A stretch of 64,000 nucleotides of DNA from an uncultured Candidatus Saccharibacteria bacterium (lineage in GTDB: Bacteria; Patescibacteriota; Minisyncoccia; Phycocordibacterales; PALSA-1337), in assembly GCA_964394505.1 (NCBI GenBank), contig CAYMXR010000001.1, positions 9,878-73,877 of the forward strand, written 5' to 3'. The notes under the pieces are model-generated. The model worked only from the letters and a program-made list of their open reading frames with translations, did no database searches and was not told the origin of the DNA. Below, piece after piece: positions 18,942 to 27,669 of the stretch. The first letter of the stretch is position 1; the number at the start of each line of letters is the position of its first letter. The position numbers and the translations under genes are program-made.

Positions 18942-19370
18942 TCACTTGCCCTTTTGTTGCGTCCGTCTTAAGCCATCAATATTGTCCATTGAAGCTTGTA
19001 TCCTTCTCGCAAGAATCTTATCATCGTAGAAATACTCACAAACGATCCTCATTTGTGCTGTATTCATTTTCAAATTTCTTTTTCTAAGAAATTCATCTCC
19101 GTGTGCGTCTATAATGTGAAGATAAAATTCTCTAGCTCCCTCCAAATCTTTTTCTTTATCAAAGCTTGGTTGAACCTCATGATCAATAAGTTCACGCGTT
19201 GCAACCAAACATTCTTCAAAAAATTCTCTAGCTTTTGTTGCATCTTCTGGTGAGCCGTGGTCTGCATTCCACAATTGATCGATACATGTTTGTAGCAAGG
19301 CAACTCTTTCGGCTTCTAATCTTTTTAACGAATCTTCATTACTTTCTGGCTCTGGCATGGCTTCACTCAT
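18942..19370 (-). CDS. Hypothetical acidic protein
   Basis: 142-aa ORF with no recognisable motifs. Confidence 0.4.
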   Translation of the reverse strand: MSEAMPEPESNEDSLKRLEAERVALLQTCIDQLWNADHGSPEDATKAREFFEECLVATRELIDHEVQPSFDKEKDLEGAREFYLHIIDAHGDEFLRKRNLKMNTAQMRIVCEYFYDDKILARRIQASMDNIDGLRRTQQKGK

Positions 19371-19451
19371 ATAATTAATTGATTAAGTATTAATGTATCA
19401 ATTTTAAAGTTAATTACTATTAATTACAACATGTAAATTATGGATCATTTT

Positions 19452-19525
19452 TGGTGCGGGATGGGAGAATCGGACTCCCGACCACAGTTTGGAAAACTGT
19501 TATTATACCATTTAACTAATCCCGC
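19452..19525 (-). tRNA. tRNA-Gly (anticodon UCC); CCA is encoded
   Basis: Hand-folded cloverleaf: GCGGGAT acceptor stem, anticodon loop TTTCCAA. The T-loop reads TCCGATT (C at position 55), which is atypical. Confidence 0.6.
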
Positions 19526-19559
19526 TATTTCTAGTTAACAGCAAAATCAATACTAGCAA

Positions 19560-19994
19560 TTATTTGTTATTTTCGCCAGAATTATCGACAACTGCTTCTT
19601 TTATCTCCACGATATTCTTTTCTATCTCTTTTATTGTATTTTGAATTTCTTTAAGCTCAATTCCCTCTTCTTTGATCTCCTTTTCAGTCTTTTCTGCCAA
19701 TTTCTTTTCGCCACTCATACCACTGATGAGCACCGTATCGCCAATGAAATAAGAGACAAAGAGTCCTGAAGCTAGAAGTATCACGGTCACAATAACCAAG
19801 TTGTTTGGCTCATAAAATAACCAGCCCAACCAACCTCCTTGAGCTTGAAGCATGTCTGCTGTATGCCAGATCCCTCTCCAAAAAAGCACAATCGCTATGC
19901 CGCCAATAAATGTATACAAAATAGGGTGATGACTAAGACGCCCCCTCACTTTATCTTCAAATTTATCAAAATAATTAATTATTTTCTTAAACAT
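19560..19994 (-). CDS. Hypothetical membrane protein with a coiled-coil C-terminus
   Basis: Two TM helices. Confidence 0.45.
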   Translation of the reverse strand: MFKKIINYFDKFEDKVRGRLSHHPILYTFIGGIAIVLFWRGIWHTADMLQAQGGWLGWLFYEPNNLVIVTVILLASGLFVSYFIGDTVLISGMSGEKKLAEKTEKEIKEEGIELKEIQNTIKEIEKNIVEIKEAVVDNSGENNK

Positions 19995-20087
19995 AATTCA
20001 AATTGTAACATACTCATGCGTAAATTTCCCAAAGAAAAAGAGGTGCCTTATTTTTAAGATTTAAGATTTGAGATTTTATATTTAATG

Positions 20088-20160
20088 TCGGAGCGCCGGG
20101 ATTCGAACCCGGAGTCGCCTCTTCCCAAAAGAGGAATGTTAGCCGTTACACCACGCTCCG
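20088..20160 (-). tRNA. tRNA-Pro (anticodon UGG); CCA not encoded
   Basis: Cloverleaf folded by hand: anticodon loop TTTGGGA with G37, T-loop TTCGAAT, perfect D-stem. Confidence 0.8.
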
Positions 20161-20182
20161 ATAACAGAACTATCCTAGCACA

Positions 20183-20563
20183 TTACAAAATAATATTCTC
20201 TATCATCCTCACTTTTGCTTTTTTTGTCTCAAAATTGAGGTACACGCATATTACATGAAAAGCGAACTCAATTTCAAGTCCTTTATCATTTTCATCAAAA
20301 TAAGTTTGAACCATCTTGCGTATTTGCCTGATTTTCCAATTATCCACATTCTCTTCTGGTTTATGTCCATTGATAACAGTCGGACAATTGGAGACACTTT
20401 TGACTTCAATAAAGTGAATGAGACTGTCTTTGTTGGCGATAATGTCTATTTCACCCCATCTTTTCCTATAGTTTCTAGTTTCAATACAAAAACCATTTTT
20501 AACTAGATATTCACAGGCTATTCTTTCTCCAATTTCCCCTATTTTGCGTGTATTTTTGGTCAT
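20183..20563 (-). CDS. yraN: YraN-family (UPF0102) endonuclease
   Basis: GEIGERIACEYLVKNGFCIETRNYR...GEIDIIA...IHFIEVK motif pattern. Confidence 0.75.
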   Translation of the reverse strand: MTKNTRKIGEIGERIACEYLVKNGFCIETRNYRKRWGEIDIIANKDSLIHFIEVKSVSNCPTVINGHKPEENVDNWKIRQIRKMVQTYFDENDKGLEIEFAFHVICVYLNFETKKAKVRMIENIIL

Positions 20564-20596
20564 TTTTAACGCATTTAAGCCATTAAAGTCGTCTTT

Positions 20597-20626
20597 TATT
20601 CACATAATCCCCAAGCTTATCCACAG
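20597..20626. promoter_or_regulatory. Two DnaA-box 9-mers (TTATTCACA at 8/9, TTATCCACA at 9/9), 12 bp apart, 34-63 bp upstream of yraN
   Basis: Direct match to the TTATCCACA consensus. Confidence 0.35.
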
Positions 20627-20746
20627 TTGTCCATTACGAAATACTATTTTGAGCCATATATTACAGACAACAACTTTTCTTGTAGATAATAGAAAAATTC
20701 AAAATTGCAGAGCCACAATAGGCTTTCTTTGAGACTAACTTCCCTG

Positions 20747-20817
20747 TGCGGGTAGGGAGAATCGAACTCCCACCTCGTCCTTGGCAAGGACGCGTCCTAC
20801 CACTAAACGATACCCGC
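20747..20817 (-). tRNA. tRNA-Gly (anticodon GCC); CCA not encoded
   Basis: Anticodon loop TTGCCAA, T-loop TTCGATT, 7-bp acceptor stem GCGGGTA/TACCCGC. Confidence 0.8.
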
Positions 20818-21063
20818 CTACGCAAATTTAGACCTCCGGTCTAAATTCGCTACGGCGGGCAAGCCCGCTTTGTCCGTAGTAATCTAGAACGAATTAATTG
20901 CCTAAATAAGCAACAAAAGAAGTATACCGTAATAATATTTTTTTACAAATCTAAATGTGCTGGCACTACTACACTCCTCGCAAGCTCAGCGCTACGAAGT
21001 GCTGGCACTACGAAGCCCTACATCGCGCACCAGCACACTGGTGCGCGATTGCGGGCGAAGTAG

Positions 21064-21135
21064 TGCCCTCGGAGGGACTCGAACCCCCAACAGCGGTTCC
21101 GAAGACCGATGTGATATCCATTTCACCACGAGGGC
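21064..21135 (-). tRNA. tRNA-Arg (anticodon UCG); CCA not encoded
   Basis: Acceptor GCCCTCG/CGAGGGC, perfect D-stem, anticodon loop CTTCGGA, T-loop TTCGAGT; one mismatch at the base of the anticodon stem. Confidence 0.6.
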
Positions 21136-21806
21136 GCATTACCATAATACTGTATTAATAGCTTTTGCCAAGCTCTCATAAGCCTAAAAACATAAACATC
21201 TGCAACACTTAATCCCATACAGCCCTTATAATCAGGGTTTTTCTTGACAGTATGCTTGGTCGGTTTGTATATAGTTTTCATGAAAAGACCTGGCTCTAAG
21301 CCCAATTTACCTGCCCAAAATAATTCAATATTTTCATATCCAGGAACTTTGTGAATAAAAAGTCTGCATTTTATTCTTGCTTTTTCTATTTTCAAAAATT
21401 TTTGAACCCAATTGTGCATAAAGATGACCATGTCCGGATCAGAGTTAACAAATTGGAAAACACTGTGCTTCTTGGCCCCTTCGGCCCAATACAATGCGAT
21501 ACCAATCAAAAAACGCTGATCTTTCATATTATCCGCAAAAATCCTCTTTGCATCTTCAAAAGCTACAATCTCCCTAGCAAGTCTTTTTTGCCTGTTTGTA
21601 GCCGACGATTTTATTATTCCAGCTCCCCTAGTTCCAACCATTTTCGAAGCTATCCTTTCTTTTTCTTCAGTGGTAAGTACCAAATCTTTGAACCAATATG
21701 AAAGCAAACCCTTTGAAACTGGTACGATTTTGGCTATTTCAGAGTAAGTCATACCCTGTTTTCGTAGCTCTATTGCTTGATTTTTATCCATTAACCTAGC
21801 TGTCAT
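21123..21806 (-). CDS. HTH-domain protein of unknown function; possibly a homing-endonuclease-like or mobile-element remnant (LIGIALYWAEG resembles a degenerate LAGLIDADG motif)
   Basis: N-terminal helix-turn-helix (AIELRKQGMTYSEIAKIVPVSKGLLSYWF); the 3' end overlaps tRNA-Arg by 13 nt. Confidence 0.3.
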   Translation of the reverse strand: MTARLMDKNQAIELRKQGMTYSEIAKIVPVSKGLLSYWFKDLVLTTEEKERIASKMVGTRGAGIIKSSATNRQKRLAREIVAFEDAKRIFADNMKDQRFLIGIALYWAEGAKKHSVFQFVNSDPDMVIFMHNWVQKFLKIEKARIKCRLFIHKVPGYENIELFWAGKLGLEPGLFMKTIYKPTKHTVKKNPDYKGCMGLSVADVYVFRLMRAWQKLLIQYYGNAPSW

Positions 21807-21917
21807 GTTATATAACCATATTACTATGTTTAATTTGTGAAATCAAGCTACAATGTTACACGTGAAAGTACCAAAATGAGCCAAAATACGAACCTCTATG
21901 ATAAAAGCTCGAACTAT

Positions 21918-21925
21918 TGTAGAAT
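21918..21925 (+). promoter_or_regulatory. Extended -10 (TGTAGAAT) 6 nt upstream of the cca ATG; leaderless
   Basis: TGn-TAGAAT match. Confidence 0.35.
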
Positions 21926-21931
21926 CATGGA

Positions 21932-23416
21932 ATGAAGGAAACAAATCAAGCATTGCCAAATGAAGTCATAAAAGCTGTCGAAACGCTGGAAAAGGCTGGT
22001 TTTGAAGCATATCTAGTTGGTGGCTGTGTCCGTGACATTCTCCTTGGCAGAAAACCAAAAGATTGGGACATAACGACAAATGCCACACCAGACAAAATTC
22101 AATCAATATTTCCAAAAACCGTATACGAAAATACATTTGGTACCGTTGCCATAATAGACGAAAACACTACTGATCCAACTTTAAAAAGTATTGAGGTGAC
22201 ACCATACAGAACCGAATCAGCATACTCAGATAGAAGACATCCTGATGAAGTAAAATTCAGCGACAAGCTAGAAGACGATTTAAAGCGACGAGACTTTACA
22301 GTCAATGCAATTGCTATAAATCTGTCTAATGGGGCAATAAAGGACATTATAGACCTCTACGATGGCATTAAAGACATTAAGTCTAAAACAATAAGGACAG
22401 TCGGAAAGCCTGAGGATAGATTCAATGAGGACGCTCTTCGAATGATGCGCGCTATTAGACTAGCTGTCGAGCTTGGTTTCACGTGTAATCCTGAGACGAT
22501 CTTGGCTATACAGAGCCATAATTTTTTAATGAAGGATGTATCAATCGAAAGAATTAGAGATGAGTTTACTAAGATAATTGTGTCTAGCAACCCAAAATTG
22601 GGGATTGAAATGCTTCGGAATGTAGGTTTACTTAAGCATATCGTTCCGGAATTAGAATCTGGTATGGGTGTAAAACAGCCACAAGCACATATGTACGATG
22701 TTTGGGAACATCTTTTGCGTACCCTTCAACATTCAGCTGATAAGGGTTATGACCTGGAAATGCGACTTTCGGCGCTATTTCATGATATAGGTAAGCCAAA
22801 AACAAAGGACTTTTCACGTGAGACAAATCAACCCACCTTTTATGGCCATGAAGTGGTTGGTTCACGTGAAACACGCAAAATTCTTGAAAGAATGAAGTTT
22901 TCACGTGCAACAATAGAGAAAGTTACGAAATTAGTGCGTTGGCACATGTTTTTTGCTGATCCTGAGCAAATTAGCCTTGCAGGAGTAAGGAGAATGGTTG
23001 CAAATGTTGGGGCAGATAATATCTGGAATCTCATGAACCTCCGAATGTGTGATCGCATAGGGACAGGTAGACCAGTAGAAGATCCTTATAGGCTAAGAAA
23101 ATATAAAGCTATGATAGAGGAAGCTGTGCGGGCTCCTATATCTGTGAAAATGCTTAAAATTGACGGTGCTAAGATAATGGAGTTAACCAAGATTGCTCCC
23201 GGACCAAAAGTCGGAATGATCCTAAACGCCCTCATGGATGAAGTATTAGAAAATCCGGAATTAAATACAGAAGATTACTTGGAGAAAAAATCTCTAAAAC
23301 TTATTTCATTATCCGAAAATGAATTAATTGAACTTGCTCAAAAAGGGAAGATAAAAAAAGATGAAGCTGAGGATGAAAAAATAAAAGAAATTAGAAAGAA
23401 ACATAATGTGAGATAG
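21932..23416 (+). CDS. cca: CCA-adding tRNA nucleotidyltransferase with an HD domain
   Basis: GGCVRDILLGRKPKDWDITT polymerase-beta-type motif; HD motif (HDIGK). Confidence 0.85.
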   Translation: MKETNQALPNEVIKAVETLEKAGFEAYLVGGCVRDILLGRKPKDWDITTNATPDKIQSIFPKTVYENTFGTVAIIDENTTDPTLKSIEVTPYRTESAYSDRRHPDEVKFSDKLEDDLKRRDFTVNAIAINLSNGAIKDIIDLYDGIKDIKSKTIRTVGKPEDRFNEDALRMMRAIRLAVELGFTCNPETILAIQSHNFLMKDVSIERIRDEFTKIIVSSNPKLGIEMLRNVGLLKHIVPELESGMGVKQPQAHMYDVWEHLLRTLQHSADKGYDLEMRLSALFHDIGKPKTKDFSRETNQPTFYGHEVVGSRETRKILERMKFSRATIEKVTKLVRWHMFFADPEQISLAGVRRMVANVGADNIWNLMNLRMCDRIGTGRPVEDPYRLRKYKAMIEEAVRAPISVKMLKIDGAKIMELTKIAPGPKVGMILNALMDEVLENPELNTEDYLEKKSLKLISLSENELIELAQKGKIKKDEAEDEKIKEIRKKHNVR

Positions 23417-23419
23417 GAA

Positions 23420-24000
23420 GTTAGCTATATTTGTAGCCATATACTACTATCGGACATAACATCATCTAGTTATCCACATAATGTCCTTTACACATTTTTG
23501 TATAAGACATAAAATAGTATAAGACCAGTTTGTCATCCGAGGAGATCGCAGAAATTTGTAAGAGAAAAAATATTTGTATTAAAAAATTAAATTCAAATAA
23601 TTTTTTAATTTCATTTACAGATTTCTGCGATCGAGGCAGACTATGTTCTTTATAAAAGTAAGGTAGGCTTCTACTCCTAGTTCGAGTGTGAAGTCGTCTC
23701 GAAACAATTTAGTTTTTGTGTTGACCCTCGTTTGCTTAGGCAAATGACGATGCGCTTGTTCTCACTTTTATTTTAGGCGCCCCCGTGGCGACCATTTAGT
23801 ACGACAACAGTGCGCACCGTCACCTAATGAGGAGACGTCCGGTCAATTTCGGATCCAACTTTTCGGATCCGCGGGTCCAAAAAACCCATTGTTCTTTAGT
23901 TTGTTAGCGTGAAGTCCGCGTTTCGAGAGGACTTAAAAAGCCGCGTGCACCTGTTCTCTCTGAACTGCGTATCACGCGGTTTTCTTTTTGGTTAATTTGA
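23420..24000 (+). other. Structured non-coding region and candidate ncRNA of unknown class. It holds a perfect DnaA box (23470-23478), a 17/18-nt inverted repeat (23541-23560 with 23616-23636), several GC-rich hairpins and a terminator-like stem (CCGCGTG...CACGCGG followed by TTTTCTTTTT near 23938-23998).
   Basis: 580 bp with no credible ORF, locally GC-rich hairpins and a 3' terminator. Confidence 0.3.
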
Positions 24001-24075
24001 GACTCACAAAAATAGGCAATGCGTGTGCATTTATCATATACAATCATGTATACAGTGTAAGTAGTGCCTCCACTT

Positions 24076-24870
24076 CTACCCCATCTCCAAATAAATAGGG
24101 CAGTGGTCACTTCCCATTACACTATCCAAAATTTTAGTACTCTTAACTTTTTTCAAGACACCATCAGTTACAAAGAAATAATCTATTCTCCAACCAACAT
24201 TACGATCGCGGGCAAAGGTTTTCATGTCCCAATAAGTGAATTTACCAGTCTCATCTGGATGCAAATGGCGAAAAACATCGGTATAGCCAGCAGAGACAAC
24301 TTTGTCTAACCAGGCGCGCTCGATAGGGAGAAAGCCGGTATTATCAACATTTTCTTTTGGTCGAGCGAGGTCTATCTCGGTATGAGCGGTATTAATATCT
24401 CCACAAAATATAACTTCATAGCCGTCTTTGCGTAAATTATTTACATATTCCAAAAAATGATCGTAATATTCTAACTTGAACTTCAATCTTTCCGGACCAC
24501 CTCCGCCGTTAGGGAAGTAGACGTTGAGTAGAACAAATTTACCCAATTTATTATCAAAAGCATTTTCATCATAAAATAAAGCCAAAAATCTACCTTCTTG
24601 GTCATATTCATGTTTTCCTAAACCATATTCTACCTTTAAGGGTTTTGCCTTCGAATATACCGCGACACCACTATAACCTTTGCGACCTTTGGAATGATCG
24701 AAATATGAATAGTAGCCAACAGGATTGCGTACACCGTCTTCTAGTTGTTCTGCTTCGGCTTTGACCTCCTGTATACAGTAGATATCCGGCGACTCGCTCA
24801 AAAACCAATCAAAACCACCTTTTTTAATGTTGGCTCGAAAGCCGTTTACGTTCCAGGAAATAATGCGCAT
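24076..24870 (-). CDS. xth: Exodeoxyribonuclease III (AP endonuclease)
   Basis: MRIISWNVNGFRA...; C-terminal SDHCPIYLE. Confidence 0.9.
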   Translation of the reverse strand: MRIISWNVNGFRANIKKGGFDWFLSESPDIYCIQEVKAEAEQLEDGVRNPVGYYSYFDHSKGRKGYSGVAVYSKAKPLKVEYGLGKHEYDQEGRFLALFYDENAFDNKLGKFVLLNVYFPNGGGGPERLKFKLEYYDHFLEYVNNLRKDGYEVIFCGDINTAHTEIDLARPKENVDNTGFLPIERAWLDKVVSAGYTDVFRHLHPDETGKFTYWDMKTFARDRNVGWRIDYFFVTDGVLKKVKSTKILDSVMGSDHCPIYLEMG

Positions 24871-24959
24871 TAGATTAGTATAACAGATTCCCCGAAGAGA
24901 TTTATCTCGACTTGTCCTGAGTTATTCAAAGGAATTTTTATCAAAACAAGCCTCAATAA

Positions 24960-25880
24960 TTAGCCACGCTTCTTCCCATGAAACATTTTATGGACCTTTC
25001 GGAGTTCCGCATCAGTCACATGAGTATATATTTGCGTTGTATTTATATTGGAGTGACCAAGCAGCATCTGGACCGAACGAAGATCAGCGCCGTTGGAGAG
25101 TAGGTCGGTGGCGAACAGATGCCTCAAAACGTGAGGCGTAACCTTTTTAGAAATACCGGCTTTGATGGCACAGTATTTGATAATCCTCTCAACCGAGCGC
25201 GGATCGAGAGCTAGATCGCCATTCTTGGCGCTTTCCCGACTTAACCTGATAAATAAGGCGTCATCTACATCTACTCTCTTGTCCAGATATTCTTTTATAG
25301 CTTTCTTTGCTTCAGAAGAGAGAAATACGACACGGATTTTTTCTCCCTTACCTCGAATAGAGAATTCATCTGCATCAAGATCTAGATCACGCGATAGGGA
25401 ACAGAGTTCTGAGACACGCAATCCTGTTGAAAAAAGTAACTCTAGTATGGCTTTATCTCTTAATGATTTCAGGTCTTTGCCATCCGAGGAAGCAAGCAGT
25501 CTTTTTAATTCTTCTCCAGAAATAAGATCCAAATGCCTCTCTCCAACTTTGGCTAGCTCTATATGCTCTGGTGAAAGAGACTTGACCCCTCTCTTTACTA
25601 GGAATTTCAAAAATGCCCTAAGAGCAATCAGGTAATAATTCTGAGTTTTCTTTTTCAGAGTCTTGCTGTCAGGATTTTTACCGCTTGGCTGACGGTTCAA
25701 CCATAGATGAAACTCTCGCACCATTCTATCTGTTATATCTTCGGCTCTTTTTAGCTTGGAATAATCTATAAATCGAGTCAAATAGTGATCATAGTTCCGC
25801 ACCGTAAGCAGAGAACGGCCTTTTTCGATCTCTATATATTCAAGAAACTGTTGTTTTAGATCATGAAGATTTTGCGACAT
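24960..25880 (-). CDS. xerC: Tyrosine site-specific recombinase, XerC/XerD family
   Basis: HVLRHLFATDLLSNGADLRSVQMLLGHSNINTTQIYTHV catalytic region (R..H..R..Y). Confidence 0.85.
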   Translation of the reverse strand: MSQNLHDLKQQFLEYIEIEKGRSLLTVRNYDHYLTRFIDYSKLKRAEDITDRMVREFHLWLNRQPSGKNPDSKTLKKKTQNYYLIALRAFLKFLVKRGVKSLSPEHIELAKVGERHLDLISGEELKRLLASSDGKDLKSLRDKAILELLFSTGLRVSELCSLSRDLDLDADEFSIRGKGEKIRVVFLSSEAKKAIKEYLDKRVDVDDALFIRLSRESAKNGDLALDPRSVERIIKYCAIKAGISKKVTPHVLRHLFATDLLSNGADLRSVQMLLGHSNINTTQIYTHVTDAELRKVHKMFHGKKRG

Positions 25881-25927
25881 ACCTCTATTGTAAGCCTAAA
25901 GCCGTCCTTGCGCCAATTTTCCATTCA

Positions 25928-25936
25928 TGCTATGAT
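25928..25936 (+). promoter_or_regulatory. Extended -10 (TGCTATGAT) 7 nt upstream of the rpsO ATG; leaderless
   Basis: TGnTATGAT match. Confidence 0.4.
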
Positions 25937-25943
25937 GATGCCC

Positions 25944-26210
25944 ATGTTAACACCACGACAAAAGGTCAAAATAATCAAAGAAACCGGCATCCACGAAAAG
26001 GACAGTGGTTCTTCTGAGGTTCAAGTTGCCCTTCTTACAAAAAGAATTGATGAATTGACTGATCATCTCCGCAAACACCGCAAAGACAATCACTCCAGAC
26101 GCGGTCTTCTAGGCATGGTAGCAAATCGCCAGACACATTTGGTCTATCTCAAGAAAAATCACCCTCGACGCTATTCTACTATCATCAAGAAGTTGGATCT
26201 AAAGAAATAG
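25944..26210 (+). CDS. rpsO: 30S ribosomal protein S15
   Basis: MLTPRQKVKIIKETGIHEKDSGSSEVQVALLTKRI...HRKDNHSRRGLLGMV; the track ORF from 25863 is extended. Confidence 0.9.
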   Translation: MLTPRQKVKIIKETGIHEKDSGSSEVQVALLTKRIDELTDHLRKHRKDNHSRRGLLGMVANRQTHLVYLKKNHPRRYSTIIKKLDLKK

Positions 26211-26231
26211 TTACCCAGTAGTTCTCCGCGA

Positions 26232-26343
26232 AAGAATATCTCTCTCACAAAAATCCTGCGTATCCCGAGGAACTCCTCACTCCTTTGGTCGTTCGTCGCT
26301 CGGGAGAAATACTCGGATTTTCATGAGAGAGATATTCTTTCAC
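26232..26343 (+). promoter_or_regulatory. Long nested stem-loop (27-nt arms with 2 mismatches, plus an inner 7-bp hairpin) downstream of rpsO; a candidate terminator or RNase III processing site
   Basis: GAAAGAATATCTCTCTCACAAAAATCC paired with GGATTTTCATGAGAGAGATATTCTTTC. Confidence 0.5.
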
Positions 26344-26411
26344 TTCGAACTATTTAGGGTATAATAATAGAAGAGGAAGCATTTTAATAAAATTAGTAAC
26401 GTAACATTTTC

Positions 26412-26933
26412 ATGTCAATAATTAAACACAAGGAGCAAAGGGTAGGCGTCTTTATCGATGCCCAAAACCTTTATCATAGCGGTAAAAATCTATATCATTC
26501 AAAAGTAAACTTCGGCCAAATAGTCAAAGACTCACTGGACGGTCGCAAACTAGTGCGTGCCGTAGCATATGTAATCTCGACAGAATCGGGCGAAGAAAAT
26601 GCTTTCTTTGATGCTTTAACAAAGATGGGCATTGAGACCAAAGTCAAAGATCTTCAAGTCTTCAGTTCTGGTGCAAAAAAGGCGGACTGGGATGTCGGAC
26701 TAGCTATAGATGCGGTCAAATTATCACCAAAACTAGACTCGGTTATCTTGATAACGGGGGACGGTGACTTCGTGCCATTGGTAGAATATCTTCAGATGAA
26801 TCAAGGTTGCCAAGTTGAGGTAGTATCTTTCGGCAAATCCACATCTGCAAAGCTGATAGAATCCGCCGACAACTTCATGGATCTAGATGAAAGTCCAAAT
26901 AAATACCTACTCAGAGCAGGAGGGAAGAAGTAA
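26412..26933 (+). CDS. NYN-domain (LabA-like / DUF88) predicted RNase
   Basis: VFIDAQNLYHS...GDGDFVPL pattern. Confidence 0.7.
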   Translation: MSIIKHKEQRVGVFIDAQNLYHSGKNLYHSKVNFGQIVKDSLDGRKLVRAVAYVISTESGEENAFFDALTKMGIETKVKDLQVFSSGAKKADWDVGLAIDAVKLSPKLDSVILITGDGDFVPLVEYLQMNQGCQVEVVSFGKSTSAKLIESADNFMDLDESPNKYLLRAGGKK

Positions 26934-26936
26934 TCT

Positions 26937-26982
26937 CCTTGAGGTTTCTCTCGATAAACACTCGAGATAAATAAACTCAAGG
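26937..26982. repeat. Nested hairpin containing a member of the CTCGAG hairpin family (TCTCGATAAACACTCGAGA), with an outer CCTTGAGG/CCTCAAGG stem
   Basis: Inverted repeats directly after the NYN gene stop. Confidence 0.45.
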
Positions 26983-27045
26983 AACAAAAAAGCGCCTTTC
27001 ACCCGGAGGTTACTTGGCGCGGTCCACTAAATGGAGCCGGTAGGC

Positions 27046-27669
27046 TCAGCTTCTGGAACAGTAATGAACCGAGGAATCGGCCTGTGGGTCATGAGTCCCA
27101 AATGTGAATGGCGTCGTCAATTCATCATAACCCTTGATCGACGGAAACAATCTCTGCATCTGTTCGTGCCGTCTCCGCCATTTGGCAAAGAGGTCACGAG
27201 CCTTTATGGGATCCTTCTCCTGAATAGCGCAGATTGCCTCTAATTCAGAAACCAAGGCTTTCTCGATCGCCTTCTCAACGTCGTCGAGCGCGCTCCAGTC
27301 TTCAAACTGTCTTCCGGTGACGCTTTCGACATACTGGATCGCTTCGATGAAGTCGACCGCGTTCTGCCAGTACTCAGAGCGACCGGCGAACGGCCAGGAA
27401 AACAGCCAAGTAATGACGGCACAGACCACCACAAACAGACCAACTATGACCCATGCCATTACAGACCATGATGTATTCACAAAAACTCCAAAGGCGGCAA
27501 AGGAGTAGCCGAATACGACGAAGGAAATCACCGCCACCAAAGCCACAAGCCACCGAGCTCCGCTCTTCGCTCTTTCATGAAGAAATACGGCTTCAACCAA
27601 ATCGTCGATCTCTGTCGGGTTCCAATCCGCATTAGAACCATAGGCAATTATTCTTCTTGCAAGTTTCAT
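27046..27669 (-). CDS. Hypothetical membrane protein encoded in a GC-rich (~50%) islet
   Basis: 207-aa ORF with 3-4 TM helices; the many overlapping ORFs on both strands reflect the high GC, so strand choice is uncertain. Confidence 0.35.
   Translation of the reverse strand: MKLARRIIAYGSNADWNPTEIDDLVEAVFLHERAKSGARWLVALVAVISFVVFGYSFAAFGVFVNTSWSVMAWVIVGLFVVVCAVITWLFSWPFAGRSEYWQNAVDFIEAIQYVESVTGRQFEDWSALDDVEKAIEKALVSELEAICAIQEKDPIKARDLFAKWRRRHEQMQRLFPSIKGYDELTTPFTFGTHDPQADSSVHYCSRS

Noticed and set aside
20955-21181. Two plus-strand ORFs (67 and 74 aa) over the tRNA-Arg region
   Set aside because: They overlap a well-folded tRNA and structured hairpins/repeats. Spurious.
21123-21806. Confident LAGLIDADG homing endonuclease call
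   Set aside because: Only one degenerate motif (LIGIALYWAEG) is present and no second motif is found. Kept as a low-confidence HTH protein.
23420-24060. RNase P RNA (rnpB) or tmRNA assignment for the post-cca non-coding region
   Set aside because: I could not find the P4 motifs (GGAAAGUCCGG and ACAGAACCCGGCUUA) in the correct order on either strand, nor the tmRNA GGGG 5' end and T-arm/ACCA 3' end. The tag-like GCAAATGACGAT reading frame ends PVATI*, which is not ALAA-like. Left as an unclassified ncRNA candidate.
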